Shown here: positions 1-13,587 of the stretch, one piece after another
Numbering within the stretch: position 1 is the stretch's first letter
How the letters are laid out: each line of letters begins with the position of its first letter
Assembly (NCBI GenBank): GCA_951406725.2
Contig: OX597823.1
Span: 59,706,001 to 59,770,000, forward strand
Length of the DNA stretch: 64,000 bases
Source: Octopus vulgaris
Taxonomy: Eukaryota
Reading direction: 5' to 3'
Position numbers and translations under genes: made by a program
Notes under the pieces: model-generated
What the model was told of the DNA's origin: nothing
What the model saw: the letters and a program-made list of their open reading frames with translations, nothing else
The model's database searches: none

Positions 1-725
1 TTTTATCCAAGAAAAAGGTCACCAATTTGGGTCAAAATATACATTGCTGACAAAATGCAAACTGCTGGAACAGATACTGCAAAGTATCTCACCTGACCCT
101 CAAACATTTTTGACATTCCAATGCCTTGGACCGGTCCTTTTTTATTGACCACAATATGATAAGAAGTAAAGCTGATCTTGGTAGGATTTGAACTCAGAGT
201 GTAGGAAGTTCAGGAAAAATGCACCAGGAATTCTATTGAATGCACTGACATTTCTGCTAATTCATTACCTATTTCTGCTTTTCTGCTACACAATAATAAA
301 TATGATGACAGACAAGGTGAGGCGTGAAAGCTCAAACTAATAATATAATGGTATAACAATGACAGCTGAGATTTCAATTTAAAATGACCTAAGAAGATTT
401 GAATGAAAAGAGAGAAATTAAGATTTGTGAGAATGATGACTTTTGCAAAGCTGTTGAAAGTAAATAGTTATTATGCCTTTTGATACCACCAACATGTCTG
501 TGACTGCCTCTTGTTCTATGATAAAAATTTCCTGTTTAAAAGGGGTCTAAATTAAAGCCTGCTATTGAAAATATTTTGTTAATTTATGCTCTAAACCCCC
601 ATCTTAAAAATAGCAAAGTAGGTTTACTGATTATTTTCCTCCTTTTAAATGAAATTTGAAACCAAGACGATGTATTTCAACAGAAATAGGGAAACAAAAG
701 AGTTAAAGCATTTTCTTTAACTTCC

Positions 726-1187
726 TTCAGTCATTTGACTGCGACCATGCTGGAGCACGGCCTTCAGAGCAAATCGACCCCAGGACTTATTCTTTGTAAG
801 CCTAGTACCTATTCTATCGGTCTCTCTTGCTGAACCACTAAGTGACGGGGACATAAACACACCAGCATCGGTTGTCAAGCGATGTTGGGTGGGACAAACG
901 CAGACTCACAAACATATACATACATATATATATATGATGGGCATCTTTCAGTTTCCAACTACCAAATCCACTCACAAGACGTTGGTCAGCCCGAGGCTAT
1001 AGAAGAAGACACTTGCCCAAGGTGCCAAGCAGTGGGACTGAACCCAGAACCATCTTCCAAATCCACTCACAAGGTTTTGGTCGGCCCGAGGCTATAGTAG
1101 AAGACACTTGCTCAAGGTGCCACGCAGTGGGACTGAACCCGGAATCATGTGGTTCGTAAGCAAGCTACTTACCACACAGCCACTCCT
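726..1187 (-). mobile_element. tRNA-headed SINE, family A (internal TA/CA microsatellite), with internal duplication
   Basis: The minus strand starts GGAGTGGCTGTGTGGTAAG (A box)...GGGTTCAGTCCC (B box), followed by GTGGCACCTTGAGCAAGTGTCTT. The same body recurs at 1750-2115, 44862-45293 and 46740-47146. The segment ~963-1050 is repeated at ~1057-1140. Confidence 0.9.
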
Positions 1188-1469
1188 GATCGTTTCTTTT
1201 CTAGCTACTTGTATTTGAACAGGTAACTAAAACCTATGGCATAAAAAGTTGACAGACACACTCACATTGGATTATATAATTTCTCCATTTCTTTCGGAAA
1301 TACATTATTGTCTAATTGGACTGATACTTCAATTAGCAAGCACTTCTCTTTATGGAATATCTTTAATGGCAATATCCGGTTGCTTTTCCTTGATTTTCCT
1401 CTGGATGTGTGAGTGTGTGTGTGTGAAATGGCACAAGCCCTAAATATAGACATATTATTATTTTTAAAG

Positions 1470-1511
<42 letters not shown>

Positions 1512-1749
1512 ATGCCTGTAATAATTTTATAATACTGGTATTATTTCCAACATTTAAAAGCTCCAGATCCATTGTGCATATACATCTATACTCTCTAGGT
1601 TCAAACTGAGTAGTCAGAAGCAATGTGATTGCTTTTCTCATCATTAAACTCTGCATAATTGGCTATCACATTTTGTATTTTGCTTCATTACATGTTTTCA
1701 ATAGTTTCCTGTGTAAAGGCTTCGTTTTTATATCATACGCTTTTACTCT

Positions 1750-1959
1750 TTTTCTTGTTTCAGTCATTTGAGTGTGGCCATGCTGGAGCACCGCCTTTTA
1801 GTCAAACAAATCGACCACAGGATTTATTCTTTGTAAGCCTAGTACTTATTCTCTCGGTCTCTTTTGCCGAACTGCTAAGTTACAGGGACGTAAACACACC
1901 AGCATCGGTTGTCAAGCTATGTTGGAGGAGACAATCACAGACACACAAACATATACACT

Positions 1960-2011
<52 letters not shown>

Positions 2012-2115
2012 CGACGGGCTTCTTTCAGATTCCATCTACCAAATCCACTCACATGGCTTTGGTTGGCCCGAGGCTATAGTAGAAGACACTTGCTCAAGGT
2101 GCCAAGGTTGGTAAG
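1750..2115 (-). mobile_element. SINE family A, head truncated
   Basis: Colinear with 726-1187 and 46740-47146, including the central (CA)n(TA)n tract. Confidence 0.88.
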
Positions 2116-2449
2116 CAAAACACATCCTTTGATTTTTCACTTGGTAGTTTTACACATTTTTGCCAGTGCTGAGATATTTTTATCCACTTTTCTTTTGGTA
2201 AGTTGTGTCAGGTATTGAACAGGCAAATTTTTAGCTTAGTATTTAGTGCCAAACAATTTCTCTCCCTCTTTCTTCATTCTCTACACATTTACATGTCATT
2301 ATAGTCATACTTTTTTGTTGCTTATTTCGAAGAGAGAAAACAGTAGCTTTAATTTTTCTTTTTTTTTTTTTTGCCTTTTATTGAGCTATTGTTGCTCTTT
2401 GTATGTTTCCCAATCCTTTTTTAAAGTTAATCTTCTAATCCTATTCTAA

Positions 2450-4380
2450 ATTATCTCTAATACGTTTCTAGTAACAGAAAGCTTCTACACATGAAGTAGA
2501 GTTTAATAAACAAATCATGTATCTGATCTTACTAGTTGCATTCTGAAAAATACATTATTGTTCTTGTTTCCGTATCTCTCCTTTTAAATTCGATAATTCA
2601 ATTAGCATTCATTTAAGAACATAATAAGTTTATGACTGTATAAATACCTATTACCTTAATTTTGCATTTAGCTATTAACCTAATGCATCTGTAATAGCTT
2701 TCTTACCTGTGTATTTTTCTTTATATAGGTTTCATTCCTTAGTATTTGCAAATTTGATTTGGATCTAATTCTCTTCCCTCTGTTTCTTCCTCTAACATGA
2801 TATTAACAATGTTTATTTACTTTCTTAAACACGAGGATGAATTTATATAAATTCCTCCTATGAGGTTGTGCACTCTCTGGAGCAGAGTTTCTAGTTGTTT
2901 ATTATCTTCAGCATGCAACTTGAGGTCACCCACATGTAAACTATGATTAATGGAACTCCACAAAGCATTTTAATCGAAGCCTGTTGTTGTTGTTCAGGCA
3001 AAATAGAAGGGATAGGATTCGTTTTTATTGTTCTTTCCTTTGTTTGTATCAACTGACTGATTTCCCCATTTTTGTCTTATGTTTTACGTTTCCACTCATT
3101 ATTATTTATGTAGAGAACACAGTCAAAATCCTTCAGGTAGTCAATCAGTTTTATGCACAAATTCTTCTTTTTTTACTCTATAGTCATCAATCGTTGGTTT
3201 TGTAAATTAATAATTAATCTTTACAATCATTTGAGTCGTGGCAACCTCACCATTGTTATTCTGAAATTGAGCTCTTTTGTTTTACTTTTCGTCTGCAACA
3301 CCTCTGGCTATAAAAAGACAGAATATAGGTCCACAATCTCTAGTGTTTGCTGTTCTTTGGGATTAAGATCATTTTCTCCTTAACTACTCAGGTATTGTTT
3401 CGTCTCTTTCAATAGGTCATTAAGTATTTTTGCCAGTACATCATGCATACCTGTTAAATATTTCAACAAGAAATCTGAATTTTATTAATTCCTGATGCCT
3501 TCCAGCTACTTCTTGTTATATATTATTATTTGTAGTACTTAGGCTTCTTTTTCAGTCCATGTGCTTCATTTGTTTTAATCATTCACATCTTATTGTGATT
3601 CTTTCATTGTCTGCACTCCTACTCAAATTATTATTGTTCTCTTGCTGTTGGCAATACACTGATTTCTAGTTTTCAGTATCTACTTTTTGGTGGAATTGCG
3701 TAGGTGGATTCGAAAAGGATGGGTTCTTCGTGATTTAATAAGGATCTCTTGTTTTATAGGTTCTTTGATCCCTGCTACTTTTCTCTGATTATGTTCTTTT
3801 CTTAAGTACGTGTCTCTGCTTTCTATTCACTTGAATTTTTTTTGTTAGTTTGTTTTAATTTCTCATCGGTTTCATTAAGGATTTACAGTTATTTTTATAT
3901 TATTTTCTATCTCCTCAATAATTTTCCAGTGTGGTTTCGTTCATCACAGTGATATTGATGTTTGCATCTATTTTCATTAAGTATGTGATGGCCAGTTTTT
4001 GTGCTTTTCATTGTTGTTATTCTATCATTAAGTTTTATTTTTGGAAGAGTATTTCACTAGGCTATAAGATCTCTTATCGATTTTAATTCTTTAACTATTT
4101 CCATTTTTATATTATTGTCATATTTATAATTTCCATATTTAGAATTTTCTACACTTGAATTTATCTCTTTTTTTTCATTTATTCATATTTTCATTATGTT
4201 ATTCTTGGTTTGGCTTTTGTTGGTCAGTATTCTGTAGGTGGTTTGAATTGTTGTGTATTTTTATCTTATTTGTTGTGCATGTGGTAGGTCTATTTTCAAG
4301 CCTTATATTCTAAACGTTTCTAACTTTACTGTCTTTATTCTCACTGCTTGCATTTTTGTTGCTTGTGTTTTGATTATCCT
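2450..4380 (-). mobile_element. Decayed R4/Dong-like non-LTR retrotransposon RT region
   Basis: Degenerate minus-strand motifs occur in the correct order: WKASGINKIQ (~3475-3507, cf. WKAPGPDGIQ), IDYLKDF (~3125-3146, cf. IDYKKAFD), INHSLHVGDLKLHAE (~2907-2951, cf. INHLLYMDDLKLYA) and KY*GM (~2731-2747, cf. YKYLG). There are many stops and the boundaries are approximate. Confidence 0.6.
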
Positions 4381-4385
4381 CATAT

Positions 4386-4600
4386 ACAGAGCGCTCTCCT
4401 CTTAGGAACAGAAACCTGGACTATGAGAAAAGAACTTCCAGATCACATTGACAGATTCTTATGATGACTTTGAAGATCTCATAACATGAACATAATATCA
4501 ATTTATAGACAAAATCCTTCCATCTCAACAATTATTGCTGATGCAGAGTAGGCTTGGCTGGCTATTACTATTACTATGAACAATAGGCCGTGTCAGACTT
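4386..4600 (+). mobile_element. Decayed RTE-type LINE fragment (post-RT region)
   Basis: Translates ESALLLGTETWTMRKELPDHIDRF, resembling the RTE motif ESILLYGSETWTLTK..L...LD.F. Confidence 0.5.
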
Positions 4601-5254
4601 AGATTTTTGTAACTTCCAAATTAGAGGAGAAAGTTTACTTAACTATTTTGATGTTATTGGCAGAAAAAGTAAACCTCCCAAAGGTAAAGAGGGACAGGGA
4701 TTCCTGACACAGCATTGTAAGATTCCTTTCGGTTGTGAATACTTGAACAATATTTTCATAATGTATTCTTTCTTTTAGCTGATACATTTCTAAATTGTAG
4801 GGTGATGGAGGAAGAAGACAACAGAAAAAGAAGCAAACAGGAGAGAGAAATACAAAGACCTTACCTGTTGACCCAAGGGATGAGCGATCACTGTCAAGAA
4901 ATAAACATGTCCTTGCACACTGCCATCTCTGCTCGAACTGCCAGCATGTGCTTCCTGCCCACGCATGCCCCATGGCTGTGCCACAGGCCTATGCATTCTT
5001 CACTTCCATCTACCTCATCTGCAATCCTCTCCACCAACACCACATAGCTCATCACAACCCATAACACCACTGATACCACATAGACCTGTAGAATTAGAGG
5101 GAATTAAAAGAAATAATTTTTATGAGGATCTTGTCTTAACTGCATAAAACATAAAATTAGTGATAAAATAAAATGAGTGAGGTACTGAGGTCAATATAAT
5201 TGACTAACCACCCTTGATTGCAAATATCAAACATTTGCACCTTTGCTAGAAACA

Positions 5255-5709
5255 GGGCGGTGAGCGGGCAGAATTGTTACTGCTCTGGGCAAAATACTTA
5301 GCAGCTTTTCTTCCTTCTTTATGCTCTGAGTTCAAATTCTGCTGAGGCTGATTATACCTTACATCCTTTTGGTGGTGGTGGGGGCGATAAAAATAAGTAC
5401 CAGTTGATCACTGGGGTCAATACGATTAACCTACCCCATCCTGGACATTGCTAGCTTTGTGCCAAAATTATCATTATCATCATTATTAAGGCAGTGAGCT
5501 GGCAGAATTGTTAGTACACCAAGCAAAATGCTTAATGGCATTTCATCTGTCTCTACTTTCCGAGTTCAAATTCTGCCAAGGTCGACTTTGCCTTTCATCC
5601 TTTCATCCTTTCAGGGTTGATAAATTAAGTACTAGTTACGCACTGGGGTCGATGTAATCGACTTAATCCCTTCCCACAAATTTCAGGCCTTGTGTCTATA
5701 GAAGACAGG

Positions 5710-5792
<83 letters not shown>

Positions 5793-5960
5793 GGCAGTGA
5801 GTGAACAGAATTATTAGCATGTCAGACAAAATGTTTAGCAGCATTTCATTCAATTCCAGAGAACGACTTTTACTTTCAGCTTTTCAGTGTCAATGAAATA
5901 AGTACCAACTGAATACTAGGGGTCAATGTAATTGATTAGCTCTCGCCTCCCAAATTTAGA
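5255..5960 (+). mobile_element. Three head-to-tail copies of tRNA-headed SINE family B, separated by (ATT)n-type tracts
   Basis: The motif GGCRGTGAGCTGGCAGAATTGTTAG...GAGTTCAAATTC...TTTGCCTTTCATCC...AAGTACCAGTT...GGGGTCRATGTAAT recurs at ~5256, ~5490 and ~5793. (ATT)n lies at ~5710-5790. Confidence 0.85.
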
Positions 5961-6078
5961 GAATTTCACACACACACACAGATGCAAACACTACACGCAC
6001 ACATACATACACACACATATAGGTGTATGTGCATGCATATAACACATATGTATGTATGTATGTATACACACACACACA

Positions 6079-7638
6079 CACCACATTTCAACTTATTAAT
6101 GATGTAACATTTTTTATAGTATTTAAAACCTACTCATTTGAATTCAATGAAATTTTCACAGAATGTTGATAACAGCAATATACGTGTGGTGTGTAAAAAA
6201 CGTGAGGTCCTGTAAAACAACACAGAAACTACGGCCATCTACCCAATTTACATAAACTTTCAGTTTCAAATTATTAGCGAGGTGTAATTAAAACTCATGT
6301 AAACAAGAAATACAATTTAATTGTTTGATGTACACACTGAAATTAAAACACATACAGTCATAAACTTGGAAGAAATAGAAATATAGAATAGAACAGCATT
6401 CAAAAATGATAGGTCAGCTTGTTAATAAGGGATATATGAGCATTTGTTTGAAGTAAGTTGAAAACAGCACTGGTTCATGGAACATGCTAGTTTCTGGATC
6501 GTCTCTGATGTTATACCACAAGATACATCCACTATTCCCGCCACAGTTCATTCTTGCTCCTAAACTAGAGCCTATTCTAGTAAACTTGTCGCTTTAGAAT
6601 ACTTCAAAAGTTTTCTATTGCGTTTAAGTCAGGGAATGAGGAGGTCACTTCATCTTCCGAGGTCTGCAAAAGCCTAATTGTTGCAGATACTTTGTAGTTT
6701 CCTTCGCTGAGTGTGAGGATGCATTATGTTGCATGAAAATTATGGTTGTCTTGAAGGTGATCCTTTGCTTTTTTAACTAAGGTTCAAGATGCTCCTTCAG
6801 AAAGGCTAGGTAAGCATCTGCAGTCATTTTAATACTGTCAGGCATTTTTGAAGGACCAACCATAATATTTCCAATAATATCTGTGCAAATCGTGATACCT
6901 CTTCTCACTTGTCAGGGTATCAAGTATTGATGACGATCTCATCCATTTACAGCACATCACTCGCCCCGACCATCAGGTCCATTAACAATAGCATGAGTTT
7001 CGTCCATAAACAAAACTTTTGAAAAGACAACCTTCATGTTATCTTCTGTTCATTTCAGATGATTTTGTAGGTGTATTTTGTTTAAAGGAGGTCTTTTAAC
7101 TGATGTCACTGGTTTACAGACCTTTTTCAAGAGACGACATCAAGTAGTTCTGGATGCAGTTGTTTCGCCAATGCACTTGAAAAGTTCTCCACTTGTAAAA
7201 CCTGGGTTCTTTACAGCTTCACGCTTAATACGTGACAGACAACATTGAAAAAAACAGCCCTCAACTAACCCTTGCTGGCTCTCTTATGTATCTTTGTAGT
7301 AACTGTAACAATTTTTTTCACAGTTTGGGGATATCTTCCAATTATTTTGGATATTTCTTTTGCAAGTTCAGAAGTAATAACAGATTTCTCTGAAGCAGTT
7401 AAGTCACATTTACGATGCATAATTACTCGATTATCAGACCATTCATTAATAATTTGGAACACTGAAAGTTCGTGGAAATCATGCAGTTTGTTTACATTTG
7501 TGCAAAACCTGAGGGATTTTTTACACATCATGTACATATAACTTGCCATCATTCTGTGGAAATTTCATTGAATTTCAACGAGTAGCTTTAAAATAAAATT
7601 TTAAAGATTTTACGTCGTTAACAATTTGAAACACAGTG
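6079..7638 (-). mobile_element. Tc1-family DNA transposon (near full length, inactive)
   Basis: ~90-bp imperfect TIRs at 6079-6170 and 7547-7638; the right end is CAGTG|TA. A disrupted transposase runs on the minus strand from ATG at 7420 (MHRKCDLTASEK...KVLFMDETH...IFMQHNASSHSAK...*PPHS). Confidence 0.88.
6425..7420 (-). pseudogene. Tc1-like DDE transposase pseudogene
   Basis: It has a paired-like N-terminus, VLFMDE (first catalytic D), MQHNASSH (cf. MQDNAPSH) and a remnant of WPPxSPDLNPIE. Multiple stops and frameshifts are present. Confidence 0.8.
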
Positions 7639-7659
7639 TATATATAATGTATACAAAAT

Positions 7660-8660
7660 TGTTGTGAGATGTGTAATATCCAGTACTTCAAACTAAGTCC
7701 TTCTTCGGGGTAAATTTAACAAGAGAGTAATAAATAAAGACAGCAGTGTTTCACGTCCTTTATATTTATTGACAGAAGATAGCAAGAGCATGTATATTCA
7801 GCGTAACAGCTAGTTAATATCTTTACTGCTTTCCTGTTTAGACATAAGTTTGTAGAATCAGAAGATTATTTAGTAGTTTACAGGGTTGTGGTTTCTTGTA
7901 GAAAAGAGTTTCAGTGTTTGTATTTTCTTTCTAACTTATTATCATTGATACTTTATGAGTGGATTGTAAGTTTTGATGAGGTTTTCATAATGAATTCAAG
8001 TATTCTATAGTCTGGGTGCATTTGATTCATGTAATAAAATTTATGGTGTAATTTGTATTTGCTTGGCGTAGTGTCTGCTGTATTTATTGAGTCTATTGGT
8101 GAATTTATTATATCATACGTGTTCTTTGAAAATATTTGTATATCCATAAATGGTTATTGCTTATTGCTACATACTTGGTCGGTTTCTTGTGGTAGGTAGA
8201 ATATAAAAACTTATCCGATGAATATATAGCGTACAGATCTCTTGTAAAAGTGTAAAATAAATAATTATCCATTTCTTTAACGAAGTTCTCTGTGAGTGAA
8301 TTTATTTTCAAATTTATTGGCAACAGAGGATTATGATATTTGAAGATTTTTAAAGTTCTATAGATATAAGCTGAGGTAAAATTCTTTTAAGTGGTGAAAT
8401 GGGATAGTTTCTGTTGATACATTTGCTTCAGAAATTAATTTGTTAGGATTAACTTTACGTTGAAGTGTTACCTTCCTTAATTCTTCTGAAATTGTTCTAA
8501 CAGTAAGTAGATTGTTAATTTTAGTAAATGTCTTTGTTCAAAATAACAAATAAATAGCTCCGTTCGTATTAGCTTGAATTAAATATTTATTGTTGGACGA
8601 AGGTGTATCCAGGTTTATTCCTTTTAAGCCAGAAAAAGATTTTAAGAAATAATCGTCCAT
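7660..8660 (-). mobile_element. Penelope-like element remnant
   Basis: ORF 7953-8147 contains KFYYMNQMHPDYRILEFIMK, resembling the PLE motif YYRNQM..NYK.DE. A very degenerate hammerhead-like relic (CCGAAGAAGGACTTAGTTTGAAG) lies on the minus strand at ~7688-7710. Confidence 0.5.
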
Positions 8661-8763
8661 TATATTCTTTTCCTCAATGGTGAATGCTCTCTCACCCTCT
8701 CTTTCACTCTCCTCTTCTCTTTTCCTTTCTCTGTATACACATGCATACAAACATGTATGTGCA

Positions 8764-8835
<72 letters not shown>

Positions 8836-9127
8836 GTGTAGGAAGATATGGAGCTGAACGAAGATTTAACAAACTTCCTTTTTATTATTTTCTACATATG
8901 TTTCATATAGACATACATACATATATATATATATACACACATACATATATACATGCATACATATATACATGCATACATAGATACATACATACATGCATAC
9001 ATACATACATGCATGCATACATACATGCATGCATACATACATGCATACATACATACATACATACATACATACATACATACATACATACATACATACATAC
9101 ATACATACATACATACATACATGTGTG

Positions 9128-9430
9128 AAGGCACGTGGCTCAGTGGGTGGAGTGTAGGGCTCACATTCCTGGACTGCACGTCGTGTACTTTAGCAAAACA
9201 CTTTATTTCACATCACTCCAGTTCACTCGCCTGTAGATATGAGTTGCAACATCACTGGTACCAAACTGTATTGGCCTTTGCCTTGAATAACATCGGTGGT
9301 GTGGAGAGAAGAGGCTGGTATGCATGGATGACTGCTAGTCTTCCATATACAACATTGCTTGGACTTGTGCCTCGGAGGGGAACTTTCTAGGTGCAATCCC
9401 ATGGTCAATTATGACCAAAAGAGGTCTAAA
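9128..9430 (+). mobile_element. tRNA-headed SINE family C (CORE-like central domain)
   Basis: GGCACGTGGCTCAGTGG head, then TTTAGCAAAACACTTTATTTCAC...CTCCAGTTCACTC...ATGAGT. Homologous to the minus-strand copy at 59403-59718. Confidence 0.8.
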
Positions 9431-9483
9431 AACAAACATGTATTTTATTTCTTTTACTTGTATCAGCCATTTGACTGAGGCCA

Positions 9484-10109
9484 TGCCCGTGGGCATATGG
9501 CGTAGTGGTTAAGCCGAAATGTTGTGCCCACGGGCATATGGTCTAATGGTTAAGAGCGCAGGCTACTAACCCCAAGATTCCGAGTTTGATTCCAAGCAGT
9601 GACCTGAACAATAACAATAACAATAATAATGAAAATAATAATAATAAATAATAATAACTTAACTGATTGGAAGTGTTATCATGTACATCGTTTTGTCTTG
9701 GTATAAAAGATGGGCTACAGCAAATATTCTGCTCAATACCACAGATTTGCTTGTCAGTTGTTTGACCTTAACCAGTTGAGCATGTCCCTTAGTGGCTGAC
9801 GATATGTGCATCTCTGATCACGAGCAGAAGTAGTGGGGGAGCATCATAGCCATGTGTTGAGAAGGATGGGCTACTCATAGCCATGTGTTTGAGCGGGATG
9901 GGCTACTCAACCTGAAGAAAATTCTAACTGGGCCCCACCTGCAAGGTCATGTGCTGTTTATCTTGATATGAGATCACCATGTCGCGCACATATGGTTGTG
10001 ATGCATGTGCCTAGTGTACCCTTATCAGACGGGTAGTCATGTTGGGTATACTGGGCTTCGTATATTTTACCCCAGTGTCACTTTGATGGCATGCTCTGCT
10101 CGCTCACTC

Positions 10110-10150
<41 letters not shown>

Positions 10151-10300
10151 CAACAACATCCAAAATCCCTTAGGAATGAGAACCCAGGTTCGAAATTTCC
10201 CCAAGGCACCTGAAGAAGACTGGAGGGTATATCAGCCAAAACGTGTTAACAACAAACAAGATGGGGACAAATATCCATCAAATGTAAATAATGTAAATAA
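9484..10300 (+). mobile_element. tRNA-headed repeat with (AAT)n spacer and hammerhead relic, interrupted by a LINE 3' end
   Basis: A box TGGCGTAGTGG/TGGTCTAATGG and B box GAGTTTGATTCC lie at 9486-9605. The body resumes after 10146 and contains CTGAAGA-AGACTG...CAGCC-AAAACG at 10210-10243. Confidence 0.6.
9661..10146 (+). mobile_element. 3' UTR of an (AAT)n-tailed LINE (probably R4/Dong-like)
   Basis: A closely similar copy lies at 34271-34760 and a short terminal copy at 41037-41081. All end CTCACT followed by (AAT)n. This copy sits inside an AAT-rich tract. Confidence 0.65.
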
Positions 10301-10689
10301 TAAAAGATAACTCATGAAAATAATAGGAAAATAATAAATGCATCAGGCGTGGTTATGTGTTAAGAAGATTTGTTCGACCCTTCAATGTGGTGCTACAGCA
10401 TGACCACAGTCAAATGAGTGAAATATGTAAAAGAATGAAATATACATTAATTACAAACAATAACAAACTCTACCATCCGCATCACTCCCCAGCTCCACTT
10501 GTTCACGTCTACCCATCCTCTCTTCTAAAATGTGAGTTATCATGTAGCTCCTCTACAGCAAGAAACCGGTTCTGCTCTGACTATCTTTTGTTCCTTGTAT
10601 CATAGAATAAAGTTTTTCCCCTGGAGGTTCTTAGCCTTGTAATCTGTGTGATGACCTATCAAGTTCTGGTGACACAAAAAGAAGAAAAA

Positions 10690-10832
10690 GCACCCAGTAC
10701 ATGCTGTAAAGTGGTTGGTATTAGGAAGGGCATTCAGGCGTAGAAACCCTGCCAAAGCAGATAGTGGCACATGATGCAGTTCTTAGACCAATCAGATCAT
10801 GTCAAATCCTCCAACACATGCCAGCATGGAAC

Positions 10833-10850
<18 letters not shown>
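10690..10850 (+). mobile_element. RTE 3'-tail fragment ending in (GAT)n
   Basis: AAAAGCACCC...GTGGTTGGTATTAGGAAGGGCAT...CCAGCATGGAA followed by (GAT)n. Matches the terminus of the RTE at 16330-16495. Confidence 0.7.
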
Positions 10851-10864
<14 letters not shown>

Positions 10865-11200
10865 GGTGGTGGTGGTGGTGGTGGTGGTGGTGGTGGTGGA
10901 GGTGGTGGTGATAGCTACAGCAGCAGTGGTGATGACAGCAATGATGGCAGTAGTGGTGGTAATGGAAGTGGTGGTGGTGGTGATAGTGGTGGTGGTGGTA
11001 GTGGTGATAGTGGTGGTGGCAGGCATTGTGATAGTGGCAGCAGTAGTGGTGGCAATGGTGACAGCAGTAATGGTGATGGTGTGGTGGTGGCAGTAGTAGT
11101 GGTAGTTGTGGTGACGGCAGTTGCAGAGGTGGTGATGGTGGTTATGGGGGTGACACTAGTGGCGGAAGTGGCGATGGTGGCAGTGGTTGTGGTGATGATG
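10850..11200. repeat. Compound (GGT)n/(GAT)n/(GCA)n microsatellite
   Basis: Directly visible trinucleotide runs. Confidence 0.95.
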
Positions 11201-11536
11201 AATAATTCTAGCTGGAAAAAATTAAAACAGCAATGGTAATGCTTACACCAATCATATTGGCCATGCCTAGAATAAATAAGCAGCAAAACACACACACACA
11301 CACACACTCTCGCATCACTTTATACAGAAAATAACAATATAGGAGTTTAAAAACCATTCATGATGGATTTGAAAGCCTTAATGTTTTCAAACAATCTGCA
11401 GGGAACTCATAAATTAAGGTATACAAAAAATACCTTAATATAAAAAAGATCAATCTTGAGAAAAAACATGCTTTAAATACAAAATATGTAGATAAGTATG
11501 GACATTAATGCACACATACACACGTATACATACATA

Positions 11537-11651
<115 letters not shown>

Positions 11652-11756
11652 ACATATATATATGTATAAGAATGATGTTATTTCTAAAAACAATAATGTT
11701 AGTGGGCATGAGCGTAAAGCCATATAATTATATATATAAGCATTTTATTTTTTACT

Positions 11757-12400
11757 TCTTTCAGGTATTTGACAGCGGCCATGCTAGAGCACCACCTTAA
11801 AGGGATTTTTAGTCAAAGAAATCGATCCCAGTACTTATTTTTTGTAAGCTTACTACTTATTCTGTTGGTTGCTTTTGCCAAAATGCTAAGTTACAGGGGT
11901 GGGAAAAAACACACCAGCATCAGTTGTCAAGCAATTGTGTGTGTGGTGGGGAGAAACACATGCACAAAGACCACCCCCCATATATATATATATGTATATG
12001 TATGTGTGTGTGTTTGTGTGTGTGGGTGTGTGTATGTTTGTGTGTCTGTATTTGTCCCCGCCCACCATTGCTTGATGACCGATGCTGGTGTGTTTACGTC
12101 CCTGTCACTTAATGGTTTGGCAAAAGAGACCGATAGAATAAGTAGTAGGCTTATAAAGAATAAGTCCTGGGGTCGAATTGTTTGACTAAAAGTTGTGCTC
12201 CAGCATGACCGTAGTCAAATGACTGAAACAAGTAAAAGATAAAAAAATAAAAGAATATATATATGTCACTTAGTGGTTCAGCAAAAGAGACCGTTAGAAT
12301 AAGTACTGGGCTTACAAAAGAATAAGTCCCGGGGTCGAGTTGCTCGACTAAAGGCGGTGCTTTAGCATGGCCGCAGTCAAATGACTGAAACAAGTAAAAG
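11757..12400. mobile_element. Cluster of SINE family A 3' halves: one minus (11757-11935) and two plus (12040-12240, 12270-12400)
   Basis: The same 3' body (AAAAGAGACCGATAGAATAAGTA...CAGTCAAATGACTGAAACAAGTAAAAGA) is present in opposite orientations around a microsatellite. Confidence 0.85.
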
Positions 12401-12644
12401 AGTATGTATACACAAGTACACACGCCTACACATATACGCATACATGTGTATACATTTATTTACACATACAGTTGTATATATTTATATACATACACTCACA
12501 GACGCACACATACAAACTTTGATTTCTCTACTCTTGTGAATGTATGTTTGTATGGGAAAACTATAATATTATGTTCATATATAACCTTTATTATCAGTAG
12601 GTATTTCACATTCGATACAAGTGCAATAATAACAACAACAACAC

Positions 12645-12727
<83 letters not shown>

Positions 12728-13220
12728 GTAATAAGTAACCAGAGAATACAGGAAAAAATAAAAAAAGACATTACACATATTCTATTAGTTGGTTAATAAT
12801 GAAAGATTTCGTATATATGACTGCCATGACAGAATATACAAATCTAACTACAGATTGTGTCAACTAGTCATATGTACTGAACTTTTGTGTCAGAAATCAC
12901 AGATACCGTGTGCGTCTTTTCACATATGCATGTGTGTGTGTGTGTGTGTGAACAGAGATACAGACTCTTAAATATATTTATGGCAATATCTCTAATTTTA
13001 TTGCTTTTATCAATAACACCACTTCTAAATATCCCCTCCTTGTACCAATGAAAATGACACAGCCTCTTCATATTGTAGATATATTAGCAAACCAGCACAC
13101 AGCAAAAGGAAATGCATGTATCTATATTTGCTTTGATGTCATTTTATGCATACTCAGGAATGCTCACATTTTTACATTTTTACATATATGTATATATATA
13201 TATTCATATGTGTCTGTGTG

Positions 13221-13254
<34 letters not shown>

Positions 13255-13528
13255 TCATACACACAAGCGTACACACACACATACGCACATATATACATTT
13301 ATACTCATACATATACAAATACGTGTACATATAAATATACATATATAATTATACACAAGTGCACACATACATATATATACACACACACATACATGTGTAT
13401 GTATAAATATTTTTTATACATATGCATATATAAGCATCTACATATATTGCTCTATTATATATATATATACAATTACACATACATTTATACATTTATAATT
13501 TTAGACCTATGTATACATGTACTTTTAC

Positions 13529-13587
<59 letters not shown>

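Noticed and set aside
10799-11239. Glycine-rich protein ORF (also 19902-20273)
   Set aside because: It is open in several frames and on both strands because it is (GGT)n. It grows out of an RTE (GAT)n tail and has no splice or codon evidence.
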